A program made the translations under genes and the position numbers. A stretch of DNA of 64,000 nucleotides from Blasia pusilla (taxonomy: Eukaryota). Under the pieces are notes generated by a model. It worked only from the letters and a program-made list of their open reading frames with translations. It had not been told where the DNA came from and made no database searches. Where the stretch lies: NCBI GenBank assembly GCA_050084515.1, contig CM114271.1, forward strand, positions 31,868,001 to 31,932,000. The letters are read 5' to 3'. Position 1 is the stretch's first letter. Each line of letters begins with the position of its first letter. Shown here in pieces: positions 1-13,876 of the stretch.

Positions 1-1760
1 GTACTGCTCTTGGTGTTGTTGCTCCACATAGTTTTGTTGCTGTAAGGCTCCTATTCTCATATCTGCCTTCTTCTTGAAGCAAAACTTTGCATAGTGACCC
101 TTTATTCCACAGTAATTGCAAGATCCAGGAACCCTCTATTGCTGACCTCCACCCCAACGGTTTCCACCATCACCACCATGTGATTGTGTCTGGTACTGGT
201 TTGTAGTTGATCGAGTGACGTTATATTGAGTGCCTCTTCCTCCATATGTTTGATATCCACCACGACCACGGAAGTTTCTACCACGACCCCTCACTCTGTT
301 TGATCCATAACCTGCAAATAGCGCACTCTCTTGCAGACTAGACGAGCTATCGCTACCTACTAGGCGCATCTCTTCACTGATCAACAGAGGAACTAACTCT
401 TGAAAGGTTGGATATTTCTCTCTCACAGAGATAGAGATCTCAAAAGACTTGTAGTCCTTTGGAAGGCCTTGAAGAGTGAATAAGATCAGATCATCATCTT
501 CTACTATCACTCCAATGTTATTACACTGATCAAAAATATGTCTGATATTCAAAATATAATCATTGATGCTTTTGCGATCATTTCCTCATTTCGTTCAATT
601 GTTGTTTCAATTGAAGCTTTCTAGCCTTTGTAGATGTGTGGAACTTTTTTTCCAATGCATCCCAGGCCTCCTTTGGGGTATCAACATCTTGGATGTGACC
701 TATCATTGGCAAATTGATCGTTATTGAAATGTAGTGGATTACTTGCCTTGCGCGCTTGTTCCAAGCGCGAACATTCAAGTCTGTTGAGTCACCTTCTGGC
801 TTGGCCTCATCACGTGTGACAAGCTCCCATAGTTCTTGACCCATGAGAAATTTTTTCATGCGAAACTTCCAGACATTGTAATTCTACTTGTCTAGCTACT
901 CGCCTGTGATTGCTGTTGAGGAATACTCCATGATAAACGATTTCACTCACAAAAAATATAATTTCAGGATTTCTACTGCTCCAATTGAAGCATAGACCAC
1001 TCCTATACAGAAATTGACCTGAAATTTTCCAAAATTTATCAACTGTATGAAAGAACTAGTCAAAATTGGCATGTAGAAAGCAAACTGCACAACTTTTCTT
1101 CACTAATTGTACTTTCCTACACTTAAATTGTTGCTGCAGGAGCTCAGAGTGTCAAAATCAAGCGATTTTGGGTGCGTTGGAAAGCTCTCGATGAGCTCTA
1201 TAAGATGACTTGAACCAATCTTTCGTACCTTTCTAGCCGCTTCGGACCTTGACGATTGAATCGACCGGGAAAGCCCTAAAAAACGCCTTCAAAGTTTTAT
1301 CACCATCAAAGCTCCACTTGAAATCTGTACCCACTGAGCTCAGAGTAAAATTTCCTTCTCCCAAACTGAAATTGTGCCTTCTCTTGCCTCTCTTCTCTCT
1401 TCAAACACCAAGTATTTCAAGTGATGTTCTCCTCCCGCTGTGATACCATGTGGAAAATTGTTAAACAAGCATAACTGGTGGAAAACGGCTCTCACACACA
1501 CCCACCACCATGGAGAACAAAATTTGCAATGAGAGAATGAGTGGAGGCTGATCCTCTTCTCAATTATATAGGATATGTACAAGAAACCGTAACCCTATCC
1601 TTAACCATAGTCTCGAGTTAGCCTAACTTTGATTAACTAACCCTAGTTAAGATAATCGTGCTTAAGTGACTAACCAAGATTAAGCTTCCCTACTTCGTGT
1701 GAGTGCCAAATGTAGTAGTTCAGGTGTCTCATGAGATTGACTGTAACTCAATCTTAAATA
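1..1760 (-). mobile_element. Ty1/copia LTR retrotransposon, 5' part (LTR, PBS, disrupted gag); continues off the left edge
   Basis: Minus-strand gag pieces 578-859 (MKKFLMGQELWELV...TPKEAWDALEKKF) and 136-552 (UBN2-like LFTLQGLPKDYKSF, RGRG-rich linker) are followed by a CCHC knuckle near 75-125. PBS TGGTATCACAGC at 1437-1448. LTR about 1449-1760 ending in CA. Stops and frameshifts are present. Confidence 0.85.
1437..1448 (-). promoter_or_regulatory. Primer binding site (tRNA-iMet type) of the copia element
   Basis: Minus strand reads ...TTCCACA TGGTATCACAGC, one mismatch from the canonical TGGTATCAGAGC, immediately after the LTR-terminal CA. Confidence 0.8.
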
Positions 1761-2206
1761 TTTTGGCCCTCAACCCAACTCCATAGATAGTCATTTTTGG
1801 AAAGTTCCTCTAGCTCTACTTATGCGTTTGCTAAGATCTTTGGAATTGGCTTTGCATAAGATTTCTAACACCATTTTACTTATCCCAAATGCATCTTCGG
1901 ACTAAAAGTTATGGTCCAAAATACATTCAATCCCCCAAAAGCTATTCACGTTCCAAGTCCGGTTCTCACATCTTGGGCAACCCCTCTTCCTATACTCAAC
2001 TCCTCTCAAGTCTAAGTTCACGTTTGGTTCAAGTTTCCTACTTGCAACCATAAATGCATGAAATGCTCAACCTTGTTTGCGTCTCATCTTTTGTGTCTCT
2101 AACGTCTCTTCCAAGAGACCACTCCGACACCGAAACCATCCTAGCGTGAGCCCGATAGAGTTCTGATATTCCGCTTAACGCTCGTTTGGTTATGAGGGTC
2201 GTGACA
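1761..2206 (-). mobile_element. Probable gypsy-type LTR fragment interrupted by the copia element
   Basis: Begins TGTCACGAC on the minus strand at 2206, the same terminal motif as the gypsy repeats at 35990 and 52374. No coding content. Confidence 0.35.
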
Positions 2207-5200
2207 TAAGGTGTCTTTGAGTAGATCGGAGGAAAACCTCATGAAGTCTATAATGACCTATTGAGGATTAGGATAACCTAAGATAGTAGGATTCACCTTA
2301 TTTTAGACTCATAATTGTCATCTATTTTACAAGGAGGAAGTTGCCCAAAGTGGGCGGGCGCATTGGGCATCTCCAAAGTATATACACTGTCAAACACAAG
2401 AAGTCGCGATTGTGCTACATCAGTTAAGATGGATGGAAGAGTGTAAGTAAGTGTAGTGCTTGGCGTACATAGTAAGAGCATGAAAGATGGAAGGGCAAGC
2501 AACATTGGGAAGGATAGAAAAAGCAATGTGGCTTGCGGAGAAGGGTGAGGAATGCAACTTTACTTTATCAAATCTCACCTATCTTGAGAGACGGTTTCAA
2601 GTTGGCCGAGTTCTAGAGATAGTCAAGCTCTGGAGAAAGGAACCATCCTTTTGAGAGAAAACAAGTTCAATTCATTTAAGAAATATATGCATATACGTGT
2701 GAGTTTTAGTCATATCTGTGTGAATTGCACTTCTAAAATTAAAGCCCTTTTCTTGTTCTTTTCCCCACTAAAGAAGAGTACTACAAATTCATGGTCTTTC
2801 ATTATAGCTTGCGAGAAACCAAGAAATAGACCTCGTGCCTTGGTGGAACAATCGTAAAGAGGAGAGAGGAAGAATGTACCCTGTCACTATGTCTTTATGC
2901 TTAAACTTGGCTGCAAAGTTCCTTGCAAACCTCTGCCTTGAAAGGCCTCTCCAGAGTGATTAGAAAAACTCCATGATTGTTTAGACCCTCGTAAAACTTA
3001 AGTTGCCTCAAAGGTGATTGTTTCATTGATACTAGTCTACGTTATTTACATATAAGATATCGTGGATAAAGATTCTAGTCACAAAATCATCCCATTGCAT
3101 ATGAATGAATCCCCTAAGCTTAGAGCCATAAAGTTTGTCGATTTTGGGTCTATGGAGCAATTTGTTGCGTAAGATCAGCAAGTCAAGGTCTCATCTCCAC
3201 AAGTTTCCATAGTTCTAGTAAAATGATTATAATATAAAGCCCTCTGAAGATCGTCATGAGGGTCAATTTTCCATACAACCCTCTCATGAATCTAATCAAG
3301 TAAGTCAATTTTTTTCAAATGTTTCCCCTTGACTTTGAATGAGTTCTTGCTCCCTCTTACAAAAAGCTCTTATTTTATCCTCTCATATATCAAAACCTTA
3401 CAGTTCTCGAATAGTAGTTGATATTGCTCAAGTGGGCTTCTAATTAATGTCGGAGCGCTTTGATCTACAATGTGGAATTATTCAAGTAAGCTATGAGGCA
3501 AACATTTATTCAAAATTGATTTAATAGATGAACAATGTGCCCACGTTTTGGCAATTACAATCACATAAATGAAATCTTGGCAATCCAAACGCAATAATCA
3601 TTTTCCTCTAAATTTTCTTCTTTTTTATGTTGTGTATATTAGATTCTTTACCTCACTATCTATATTGATAAAATAGAGTGCATATGCCACTAATCAACAA
3701 AATTATCAACATTTAAAAATTTTACTTTCTCTCGTTATGCATTACATTTGAAGAGGACCTTTAGGATGAAGAAGTGGACAATTAAGGGAGGTTGTCAACT
3801 ACTCCAAAATCTTGTTTATTTAATGTACAAAAGTCATTATTCCGAGAAAAATTCACACCTTCATAATACCTCCTAGTTGACTATATTCCAAACAAAGGAA
3901 TGAACCATATCTGTTCAATTATATTCTTGAACAGAATACTTGACTTTTCAACCTACCACTACATGATTTGTGTTTGAAGATCATGTTTTAACGAAACATG
4001 AATGGTTTAAAGGGATATGCAAATTGTATTCAACTGTTGCCTTTTGTTTTCATACATCCTATGATAGATATTTCAGATTACTCAAAGGAGAAGTATTTGA
4101 AATCAAATCTCCATTCCATATATCCCATTCATTACATCAAACTCTAATCTACTATTCAATCTAGGTGAATTTCTACTCCTTGCTCTTCCAAGATTTGCAA
4201 AAGATTGAAATTTGTTTTCCAATTCATATATATTCTCATGATAAATTCTATGTGACATTATCTAGAATTGGCTTTGGAAATTTTACTTACATTAAACTCA
4301 AAAGCAATCCACAATCAACACCAAGCCAATGAATTCCACTTCCTTTTAATTGTGAAGTCATATATAAAGAGATTATGAGTGAAATAAAAAGACTTTATGT
4401 ACTTCTGTGGACAATTTATTTTAGCCCATGTATTGCGTGAGCATCTCACTAGTTCAACTCCACTCCAATTCCAAACTGATTTAATAGATGAACATGCTCG
4501 GTTTTTGCCAATTGCGAATCACTAACAAAATTTGGTGCCATGAGAAAATTCTAGGAAAATGGCCATCATTTTCCTAGAATTTTTCTATTGTATGCACTAG
4601 TGAAATTCCTAAGAAATGCACTGTTCTGCCAAATCAGATATTCACATATTCAAAAGAGCACAATCGCCCACAAAAGTTTTTCACACATCACATCTCTTGG
4701 CTCCCCTTTCTAAAGGATGCTAAGTGTGCTTTTCAAACTCAGCAATGACTTTCCTTCTTATAGAAGTGAAGCATCACTTACAAAGACAATAACAACCCCA
4801 TTTCTCCCATTATAGTATAGATTCGGATTAGTAAACACCTTGCTATCTTGGTATATTGGCATATGTCCATGATAACCCATTAAAAACTTGGTTGCATAAT
4901 GGTGGAATAGTGATGGATACGCAATCTTATGTACAAGATACCCTCAACTCCACTCACTGTGCCTTGAGGGATGTATATCCCATGGACGAATACTCTCAAG
5001 ACTTTGATCTCGTGAGAAGTGCGGGATGAAATTGTGTGTCAAATGCGAAATGAGCACATGTCCTCCCTAAATACTCTTTCACCACAAGGCAATGCTCACT
5101 TCTACTCTGGTATGATAGGAAGGCGAAATAGCAAACATTCACAACATGCCTACTTCACGTATGAGCTTCATATCACCTGAAACGTAGGCCAGGGAATGCC

Positions 5201-6885
5201 CTTGCAAAACTTTTAGAAAAGAGCCGGAGAGTTTCACTCCAAATACACCCATACATGAACCAGGCAATAACAAGCTTGGATAGACATCTGTACAAGAGCC
5301 ATCCAAAGCCCAATCCTTGAATCCAAATGCCTTCCCACGTATGATTTAGCAACTTCAACTCTACCAAAACCGTGGCCTTTTGCCACTCTTCCACCAACAC
5401 ATGGATCTTTCCTGTAGAGAATACAAGAACATCATACATCAAGATTAAAATCACCAGCAACGAATAGAGAAGTGATCCATCAGAGAATAGACTCTAGGGG
5501 TAGGCCAGCGGAATCAAAATCACTCCATGGTGCTCGAGAAGGTGTGACATTTATAACATCTCCTGATCTCAGATACAAACAAGGAAGATTCCAACAAACA
5601 TGACAGATCAAAATCACAAAAGATGGCTGGATAAATATTAGAGAAACATCGAATCATTTCGATTAAGTTACAACTGGTCGAGCAGAACTTGCAAATCTTG
5701 AGAAAAATTATGGGAACAATTTTCAATGCATGATTTGGCTAAGTGAGGAAGAAATGCCGCAATATGCGCACATTGAGGTTGTCATGAGGGGAAACCAAGG
5801 GGCCTGTTGACCAGGTTGCAATACACGGCTTTGTTGTGTGCAGAGATTATGGAAAGTTAGCACAGTTTCTACCCTGGCTCCAGAAGTTGGAAGCAATAAG
5901 AGAGGAAACACCAATCACATACAATAAGTTAACATTCACATTTTGGATAAAACATAAAAACAAACTGTGATGACGAGTTTTATATTGCAGAATCAGTCAG
6001 CATTTGTGATGAGATTTAAGACCTCAGTAGCTAGGGATTGAAATTTCCTCAGGAACTTTGCATCAGACGTGTGTACCACATTGGAGTCACATGCAAGCCA
6101 ATGGTCTTTCCATGGGAATGAGAATGGAGAGAAATGAATGAGTCTGCTGTTTTACAATCAAGTCCCACATACGCACTCAGATTCCACACCTTCATGATTT
6201 AAAAGTTCTTCTGTCAATGGATGTTTACCTTAGGAAAGGCCCAAGGGGTACATTTCACTCAGGAATGAGTGCTAGTTTTACCAGAGCGGCCGTGGAATTA
6301 ATTCTACGTCATCCGCCAAGACTCTGAGTATATAAGGCAATCTTGCATAAATACAGCCCACAAAGGAGAGAATTTTGACTCATTAATGAGTTGTAAATCA
6401 TCAGAGCGGCTGCAGAAGTTTACATCATCAGCTCAGCTTCTGAGTATATCAGGGGATTTTCCATGTATTGGAACCCACATTCAGAGCGGCCGCAGAAGTT
6501 CATTTCACCAGCTCAGCTCTTAGGTCTATGGTGGGATGTACCTGATCTGATATACCCCCAAAGGGTTTTTTCACATCAGAATTATATCGGGGTAGCCTGA
6601 AAAAAAAAATGTCTAGACGTTCTAGTTCCTCAACCTCAATGACAACCTAAATTCGGTCGCACATCCACTATGTAGTTACACAGAACTACACTACCATCTC
6701 GCATAGATAGCACTCCACTAGCTTTGTTCTTTGTGAATAAGCTGAGAATTTGGGCTGAAATAGGCTACTTTAAAACTAGCTAACTTTACAGTCTAGAATC
6801 CCTGCGTAACTGGGATTTCCAAGACGTTGAGATATCGACTCTCCCTGCCCTATGACTTGACAGGGGTCCAATTGGTAGCACTATA

Positions 6886-9800
6886 CTAGGGATTGATGGT
6901 TATTGACGACTCAGGAGCAGGCTGAATATACACAAACTTAAGTGCTTGGCCAGGTTTCAAAGTTTGCTGCCACATAGGAAAGGTGTAACTGTTCTTAATT
7001 CCTGTCACAGGGTTAAGACCGTAAACAGGTCCATACAAGTCATCAAAGGCCAAGGTGAACTTGGTTAAGTCGCTCTTCTCGTTGTTGGTCAGTTCGCCGA
7101 CGTATTTGTAATAAATTTTCCCATCTGCTTTCCATGAGGAGGTGAGCTGTTGGGTGATTGTCAAAGGCTTTTTATCCTCGTCTGCCACAGTACAGAGCTT
7201 ATTAGCTACTTTTTTGGAAATTCTACCTTTTCTCATCAAGAGAAATGGTTTTGTCCGTGAGAATTAAGGACTCTTACCTTTCTCTGTTGAGTTGTCAATT
7301 GAGAATACACAGCATCACAGAAAGATCTAAAGGTGCAGCATGTTAAAACTTACTGGGATCCATTGGACCAGGTGGAGGTGCCTTTGGTGCAGGAAGACTT
7401 ACACCTGTTTCTGCCAACCAACCCCACACAAACAGAAATTATTTTGGCTTCTGCTGCAGTGGTCAGGTCCACAAACTGAGTTTTCTAAGTCACCTGAAAA
7501 ATCATAACATATGTCAGATAATACCGGAAAGGAAATACAATTTTGCAGACTCTATAAGATGGAAACATCTAATTTATTGTTGTTCCCATTTCCTTACCTG
7601 ACTTGCTTTGGTATATGGGACCAACACACAACCGCGCCAACACACCAACTAAAGGGCCATTATTGTATAGACATGCTTCAGTCATCTGGTAGTTGTCCCG
7701 CTCATCTGCAAAGTTGTCATTTGCATCTGGTCCTCCAACCAGAGCCCCGATTAAGAGGTTTGGATTACCTATCGGCTTATTGTACCAGTCTGCATATCCT
7801 TCCTTGCAGTCAACATGCGCTGAGTCTACCTTTATAGATACAATTGAGGCTCCACGGTGGTGCACCTCTTTAGGGTAGTTTTTGGTGAATCCCACCATGT
7901 AACTAGTCCCTCTTGGGTTATCTCCCAGTATGTAATCAATCTGCATTATATGAAACCAGACCACAGTTTTATTAGCTAACTCGAATGTGTAGTTCTGGAA
8001 TCGCAACACGCTAAAATCTTTGGGTAGGCAGAATGATCTTTTCCAGCAGGTCTCACAACTGAAGATTGGTTTTTTATACCTGTCTCTGTGCAGTGCTCAA
8101 TAGTTCAGAGGCGGGGACAGGTGAGCCAGAGCAGGTAAGTTGCTGGTTGGCAGCATTCAAATAATCCGAGTACACTGTTAGCAAAAATGCGGCTGAGGTG
8201 ACAAATTGCATGTTATTCCAGGGTTGAGTCCAGAACATTCCTCCAGGAGAACGTTGCATGTTCTTCCCATTGTTCTTGCTCAGTGCAGCACAAAGATAGT
8301 AAGTTGCTTGAGATTGATAGGCTTGGAGTGAACTTGTAAAAGTTCCTCCTCTTTCTTCCAATAGGATCTGCGCACAGCATGCACATCATCCAGTCATTAA
8401 GTAAAGCATCTCTCCTAAACAAGTTGATTTCGACACGCTTTCCACAAGCATGTTGAAATCATGTTTACTAACGGGGATGCTAAATATTTCTTTCTAAGAC
8501 AGCTAATAGGCGTTAAAACACTTCACATTCTATTACACTACTATTAGTCACTCACTTTTGCAGCAACAACTTGAAGACCGGCGTATTTCACATCCCAGCC
8601 AAACTGAGTCATAGCCCAACCGGTACCACCAAGCGCCTCAGCATTTTGTGCAGTATATTCTAAGTACTTTTTTTCGCCAGTTGCCTCAAAAAGCCAAAAC
8701 GCAGCCCATAGTAATTCATCCTGTAATCCACAGAACTTTCTCAATGACTGTATGATTGCAAGAAAACTGCAGTGTGGAGCCATAATCTCAGGAACTGGGA
8801 AAATTACCAGCCAGGGCAGGAAATCTTCCTCACCCACAATCCCCCATTCAACATACACCAGTTTACTACACATGACAAAACAGATTTGATGCGCAAATAC
8901 CATTGTTTTTCACTTACCCCATAGCCACTTACGGACGTGTAATAACCTTGTACAACGGGAATGCTCCTGTCATATTTCCCCCTGTAGCTGTCAGCGAATG
9001 TGAATAGCTGGCGCAGTTCAACGAGTTCATATTTAGTTAGTTCCAGTATATGTAAACCGGAGCGACGCACTAGTAACAAATTTTGCACACATTAAAAAAT
9101 TCTCCAGAAAAAGAGACGAACGACAAATAGTTCCTATCCAATTGTAGAAAGCTTAAACCAAGGGGAATTCTTTCTTGCATGAAGCTCTCTGTTATTTACT
9201 TCTTTCATCACAGCGAACTACCATCCCACAGAGTGTCCACAAACTTTACTACTATCCATTCAAAAGGATTGTACAGAATTTCAGTGGCGAAGTAGCCGGG
9301 GTAGCAACAGACGCTAGCGGAAATTTGACTGACCTGCTGCGCGTGAGTTAGCAGCGTCTGGGAATATTCAGGATCCCTTTCCTTGAAGACAATAGAAGCT
9401 GCAGCCATGGCCGCTGCTGTCTCCCCAGCAACTTCGGATCCAGGGTTATTTTCATCGACTTTGTAGGCTTTTCTGGACGTAGTCATATCCTCCGGCCTCA
9501 TCCAACACTCGTGATCCGTTGTTCCATCTCCGACCTGCGGACCAGAAAGTACGACAAAAATTCATAACTGGGCCCACATGCGCGTCACAGAAGTGTACAC
9601 TACCACTTCGGTAGCATGAGCCGGTCTAGGATTCGTCTGCAGAACATTCACCGATGGTTAAACAGAATCTGAACAAGGTCAGAAAGACAAGAAATCCTTC
9701 TGACGCGAAGACTCACGCTCCGAACGCATGACACCTGGGCGTCTTTGAATGGAGCCTAGACAGCGGTTCGCGTGCAAAGGTGGGAAGGAAATTCACCAGC

Positions 9801-11429
9801 GCATATTTGCACTGCGTAAGGAACAGTACTCCTGACTGGATCAAAGCAACCTAAGCAATCATATATTGACAGGCCCACCATCATACACGACGCACGAGCT
9901 ATCACGCCCAATATCACCGATGGAGATTGACAACGTTCTAGCGGTAGGGCAGGCAAGTCAGAGTGGATGATACGAGGTCTACTGAAAGTTTATTACCTCC
10001 ACACTCGCCATAAGTGCGTTTACAAAGCAGTGACCTTCGTGAAACTCTTTTTCAGCACAATTATCCCATCACATTGGCACAGTGCGGACAGTGAAAGTGC
10101 GAGGACAATTGTAAACAACACACAGGACGTCACAATATTAGGGAGGAGGGACAAGAAATAGAAAAGAACAGGTACTCCATACCTCAGACCAGAGGAGATT
10201 AGGAGTCGGGTGCGCCTTGATGAAATAGTCCGTGCCCCATCTGATAGAGCTCAAAGCATGATCCAGTTGCCCTTCCGTCTGGAGCTGGGAGTGATACTCA
10301 ATAACGCTCCACGACAACATTGTGACTGTGTACGCCATGGGCAACTGAAATTTGACGTTGTCCCCAGCGTCATAGTATCCTCCCACGAGGTCGACCTGCT
10401 CAAGCCAAAATTCAGTCTAGTTTCCATCGTCCAACCAAATCTCAGGTGTGAGAAGAGAAATCATCCTCACAACACATTCACTCGGGGCCCTGAATTCTGA
10501 GCCTGTAGCGGCTGAATCATCGCAACTCAATGACTCATCGCAAATCAAGTAACAGAAAACTCCAGATCTAGTTCAAACTGGTCCGACAGGAAATGCCAGG
10601 TACGAATATCAAGAAAATGGAGAGAAAGGATTCAGATAGAATTATATGGAGTCATTTCATTCTCCACGCAGCCTACGCAGGAACGTCAACGCTTTTGATA
10701 ACCACCGCGATGACTATAGATCTCTCCCCAGATGTGGTTAAAGAACGCGGATGACCCAGTACACATGTACTACCCCTCAAGGTCTTTCCACAAACCCAAG
10801 AATCATGTTGATTCTCTGGTCGTCGCCAATAAATCCAGAATTATTACTGGACATAAAAGTTAGCAGATATTCTGACTCGGGTTTCTTCCCAAAAGGTAGG
10901 ATTGTATGTGCAATTCTGTGAACGTCACCGCATCTTTCGTTACCACATCTCTCGCGGATGAAATCTCCGAAGCATTGGATTCCCAGCAAAAGATAGCAAT
11001 CCTCCAATACAAAACGTTGATACGCGAAATTCCGCTATCTCATAACTAAATTTGTACACTGTCGGCTCGCTGCGACAAGGATGGATGCTCGACTTAACAC
11101 AATCTGGTCTAAACAAGTGAGTAGATTTGTAAACCTTAACCGCGTGCACCTCGGGGTACAGTACGCATAACTTGGTGGTGATGTACGGGGAAAGTGTCGA
11201 AGCTTACATTCACATCCTTGCCGTCGTCAAGGCCGGAATGACTGCGCCACGTGACGCGCTGATCCGAAGGAAGATATCCAGAGCGTTGAGCCTCAAAAAA
11301 ATACAAGCTCAAACGGAGAGCCTCCGCATAATCTGGACCAGCATCGATCACCACAGCTAACGAGCTGGCAGTCAGAATCATTGCAAGCGTTGCCCATGTC
11401 AATCGCATTCCAGCTCTCAGGTCCTCCAT
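6886..11429 (-). CDS. GH9C: Endo-1,4-beta-glucanase, glycoside hydrolase family 9 class C (signal peptide + GH9 + Pro-rich linker + CBM49), about 9 exons
   Basis: Exons with GT/AG borders: 11429-11208, 10395-10183, 9534-9334, 9007-8918, 8720-8556, 8367-8080, 7940-7598, ~7410-7354, 7181-6886. Motifs [56 protein letters not shown] and [12 protein letters not shown]. Hydrophobic N-terminus. Last exon is CBM49-like ([13 protein letters not shown]...TFPMWQQTL...FVYIQ). Confidence 0.95.
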
Positions 11430-13876
11430 CTTCGACTATGCTTGACTTTGATCTTGCGTACTGTCGAATGAGCACGCCGAAGAGAGGTGAGCTCGGGAAT
11501 GCGCGGAAAAACTATTGACCCCTCTGCATTCTGCAAGAGGTCGAGACCAGAGTTCTCTAATGTGACAAATACACAGTCGAAGACAGGCGATTCCTCACTG
11601 AAAGATCACGGGCAGGCGGGTAATTTGAGGAGCAAGTATGTGAGTTCCAGGTTCTCAGAAAGATTGACCTGTTATAAATTGACCAGTGGCAGGGCCGATC
11701 GGATTGCTGCGAAGAAGGTTCCCGCTGGAACGTGGTCCATTCAGGAGCGAGGGAGGACTCGAGCTTCAACGAGCATAGGCGTAACACTATAGGGCAGAGA
11801 GACCTTTCAGTTAGTGTAGTTGCACTGCTCGCAGCAAGGGAGGGATCACCAAAAGTGTAGAATGAAGAGCTACCGGTGATAGTCCCGAAATATAAATGCG
11901 AGGGGAAAGTACAGATCGTAACTATGAAAGAAACAGGCGCCCAACTTCAGCGCCATATGCAAGGACAGACGGGACGAGTTTAGCCTGCTCCAGTCCGCTT
12001 CACCGTTTCTTCCCTGCACCATCGATCATCCACACTAATTCCTGTACTCGGCGCGCAGCCGAGTATAGGAAGGCAGGGCAACGCACGCCGCCGGCAATCC
12101 CTCCCCTGATCTCTCTCTGAGCGCTCTTACCACTAACTGCTACCACGCTCTGCTCTCCTCCGTTACATCTGGGCCCACTCTCGGACACACCAAAGTTTAG
12201 GCACTCGCGGTGCCGCAGGAACAAAGTCCATCCCTCTCAGTCAATCACGGGACAAACGACCATAATGGGCACATTCTGGATGCACCTAAATCACCAGTCA
12301 AATCGCATTTTCTTCCTCGCCCCACTTGTTTGCCTCGGAATTTTACGGTTTGGAAGCAAGCAATGAAAGAGGAGTCGGTGACATGATAGCAGCCCAACTC
12401 GCCGCCTTCTCGCTTCATGGCATGCTCAATTTTTTATAAAACTGTTTTTTACTTATTTTAACTATTAAAATGAACATTTACATAAAATATTTCACTTTGA
12501 TACATGACATTTAATATATCTTTGAATTATGAGTTTAGGAATATAAAATGCTTCGTGAATCCTACTATCAATGCTAAAATTAGCTTGTCCATCTATCAAA
12601 TTTAAAATAGAATGAGTGAATGAGGGGAAGGGAGATTCTCAATAAAACTTTTGTATGGAAGGGGACGGTAGATAAGATAGTTGGAGACAATTAGAAGAGA
12701 GGAACCTACCCGTATTTCTCCTATCTAATTAGGAGCATCAATTCAGTTCCTCTAAAAAATAAGGGGTGAACCCTCCCCATACCTCTTTAAAGGGACTTAG
12801 AGTAGAGGGACATAGTCCTTCTTCATCTACCCATCTCCATTTCTACCCTCTTTGGAGATAACCAACATAGGAAAGGACGAATAGAGAGTATCGAGTTAAA
12901 AATATCATTTGGAGATAACCAACATACGAAAGCATGAGTGGTTGAACCACTCATGCTTAAAAATATTAAATCATTAGTTTATGATTAGAGTAAATAAAAT
13001 GAAAATCACCATGTAAATCTCATTATCCATCATATGCCACGTGAATCCACAAACCACTATCATTCACTAGCTTCATTTGCATGAAGCTATTTCTTTTGGG
13101 TTAAGAATTGTGGGAGCTTATTATATATTTTGAGGCCAAACTAGAAGATGACTAAACATATTTGAATATTCGTGCAAGACAAGTAATCTTGTATATTTCA
13201 AAAACAATCAATTTTCTAATGATTGGTCATATTCAAGATGTTGATACTCCAAAGGAGACTTGGGATGCATTGGAAAAGTTGTTCCAAACATCTACAAAGG
13301 CAAGAAAGCTTCAATTGAAACAATAAATGAACGAAATGAGGAAATGATTGTAAAGTATGAGTGATTGTGTTTTGAATATCAGATATATTGTTCATCAATT
13401 CAATAACATTAGAGTGACTGTAGAAGATGATGATATAATTTTGTTTACTCTTCAAGGATTTTCAAAAGATTACAAGTCTTATGAGACATTTATCTATGTG
13501 AAAGAGAAATATTAAACCTTTCAAAAGTTAGTCCCATTATAAATTAGTAAGGAGCTGCGCCTAATTGGCAGTAGAAGCTCGCATAGTATGCAAGAGAGTG
13601 CCTTATTTGTAGATAATGGATCAAACAAAGGCAAAGGTCTTGGTAGAAGCTTCTATGGTTGTGGTGGATATCAAACATATGAAGGGAGAGGTATTCAACA
13701 TAATTTCACTTAGTCAATTATGAACTAGTACCAAATACAATCACAAGGCGATGATGGTAGAAATTGTTGGAGTCAAGGTCAACAATAGAGGGTTCTTGGA
13801 TCTTACAATTATTATGGGATGAACGATAATTATATAAAAAAAAATTCAAGAAAAAGACCAATATGTAAACGGGAGT

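Noticed and set aside
2210-5950. Short ORFs as genes
   Set aside because: No motifs or exon structure; the region is AT-rich, decayed intergenic or repeat DNA.
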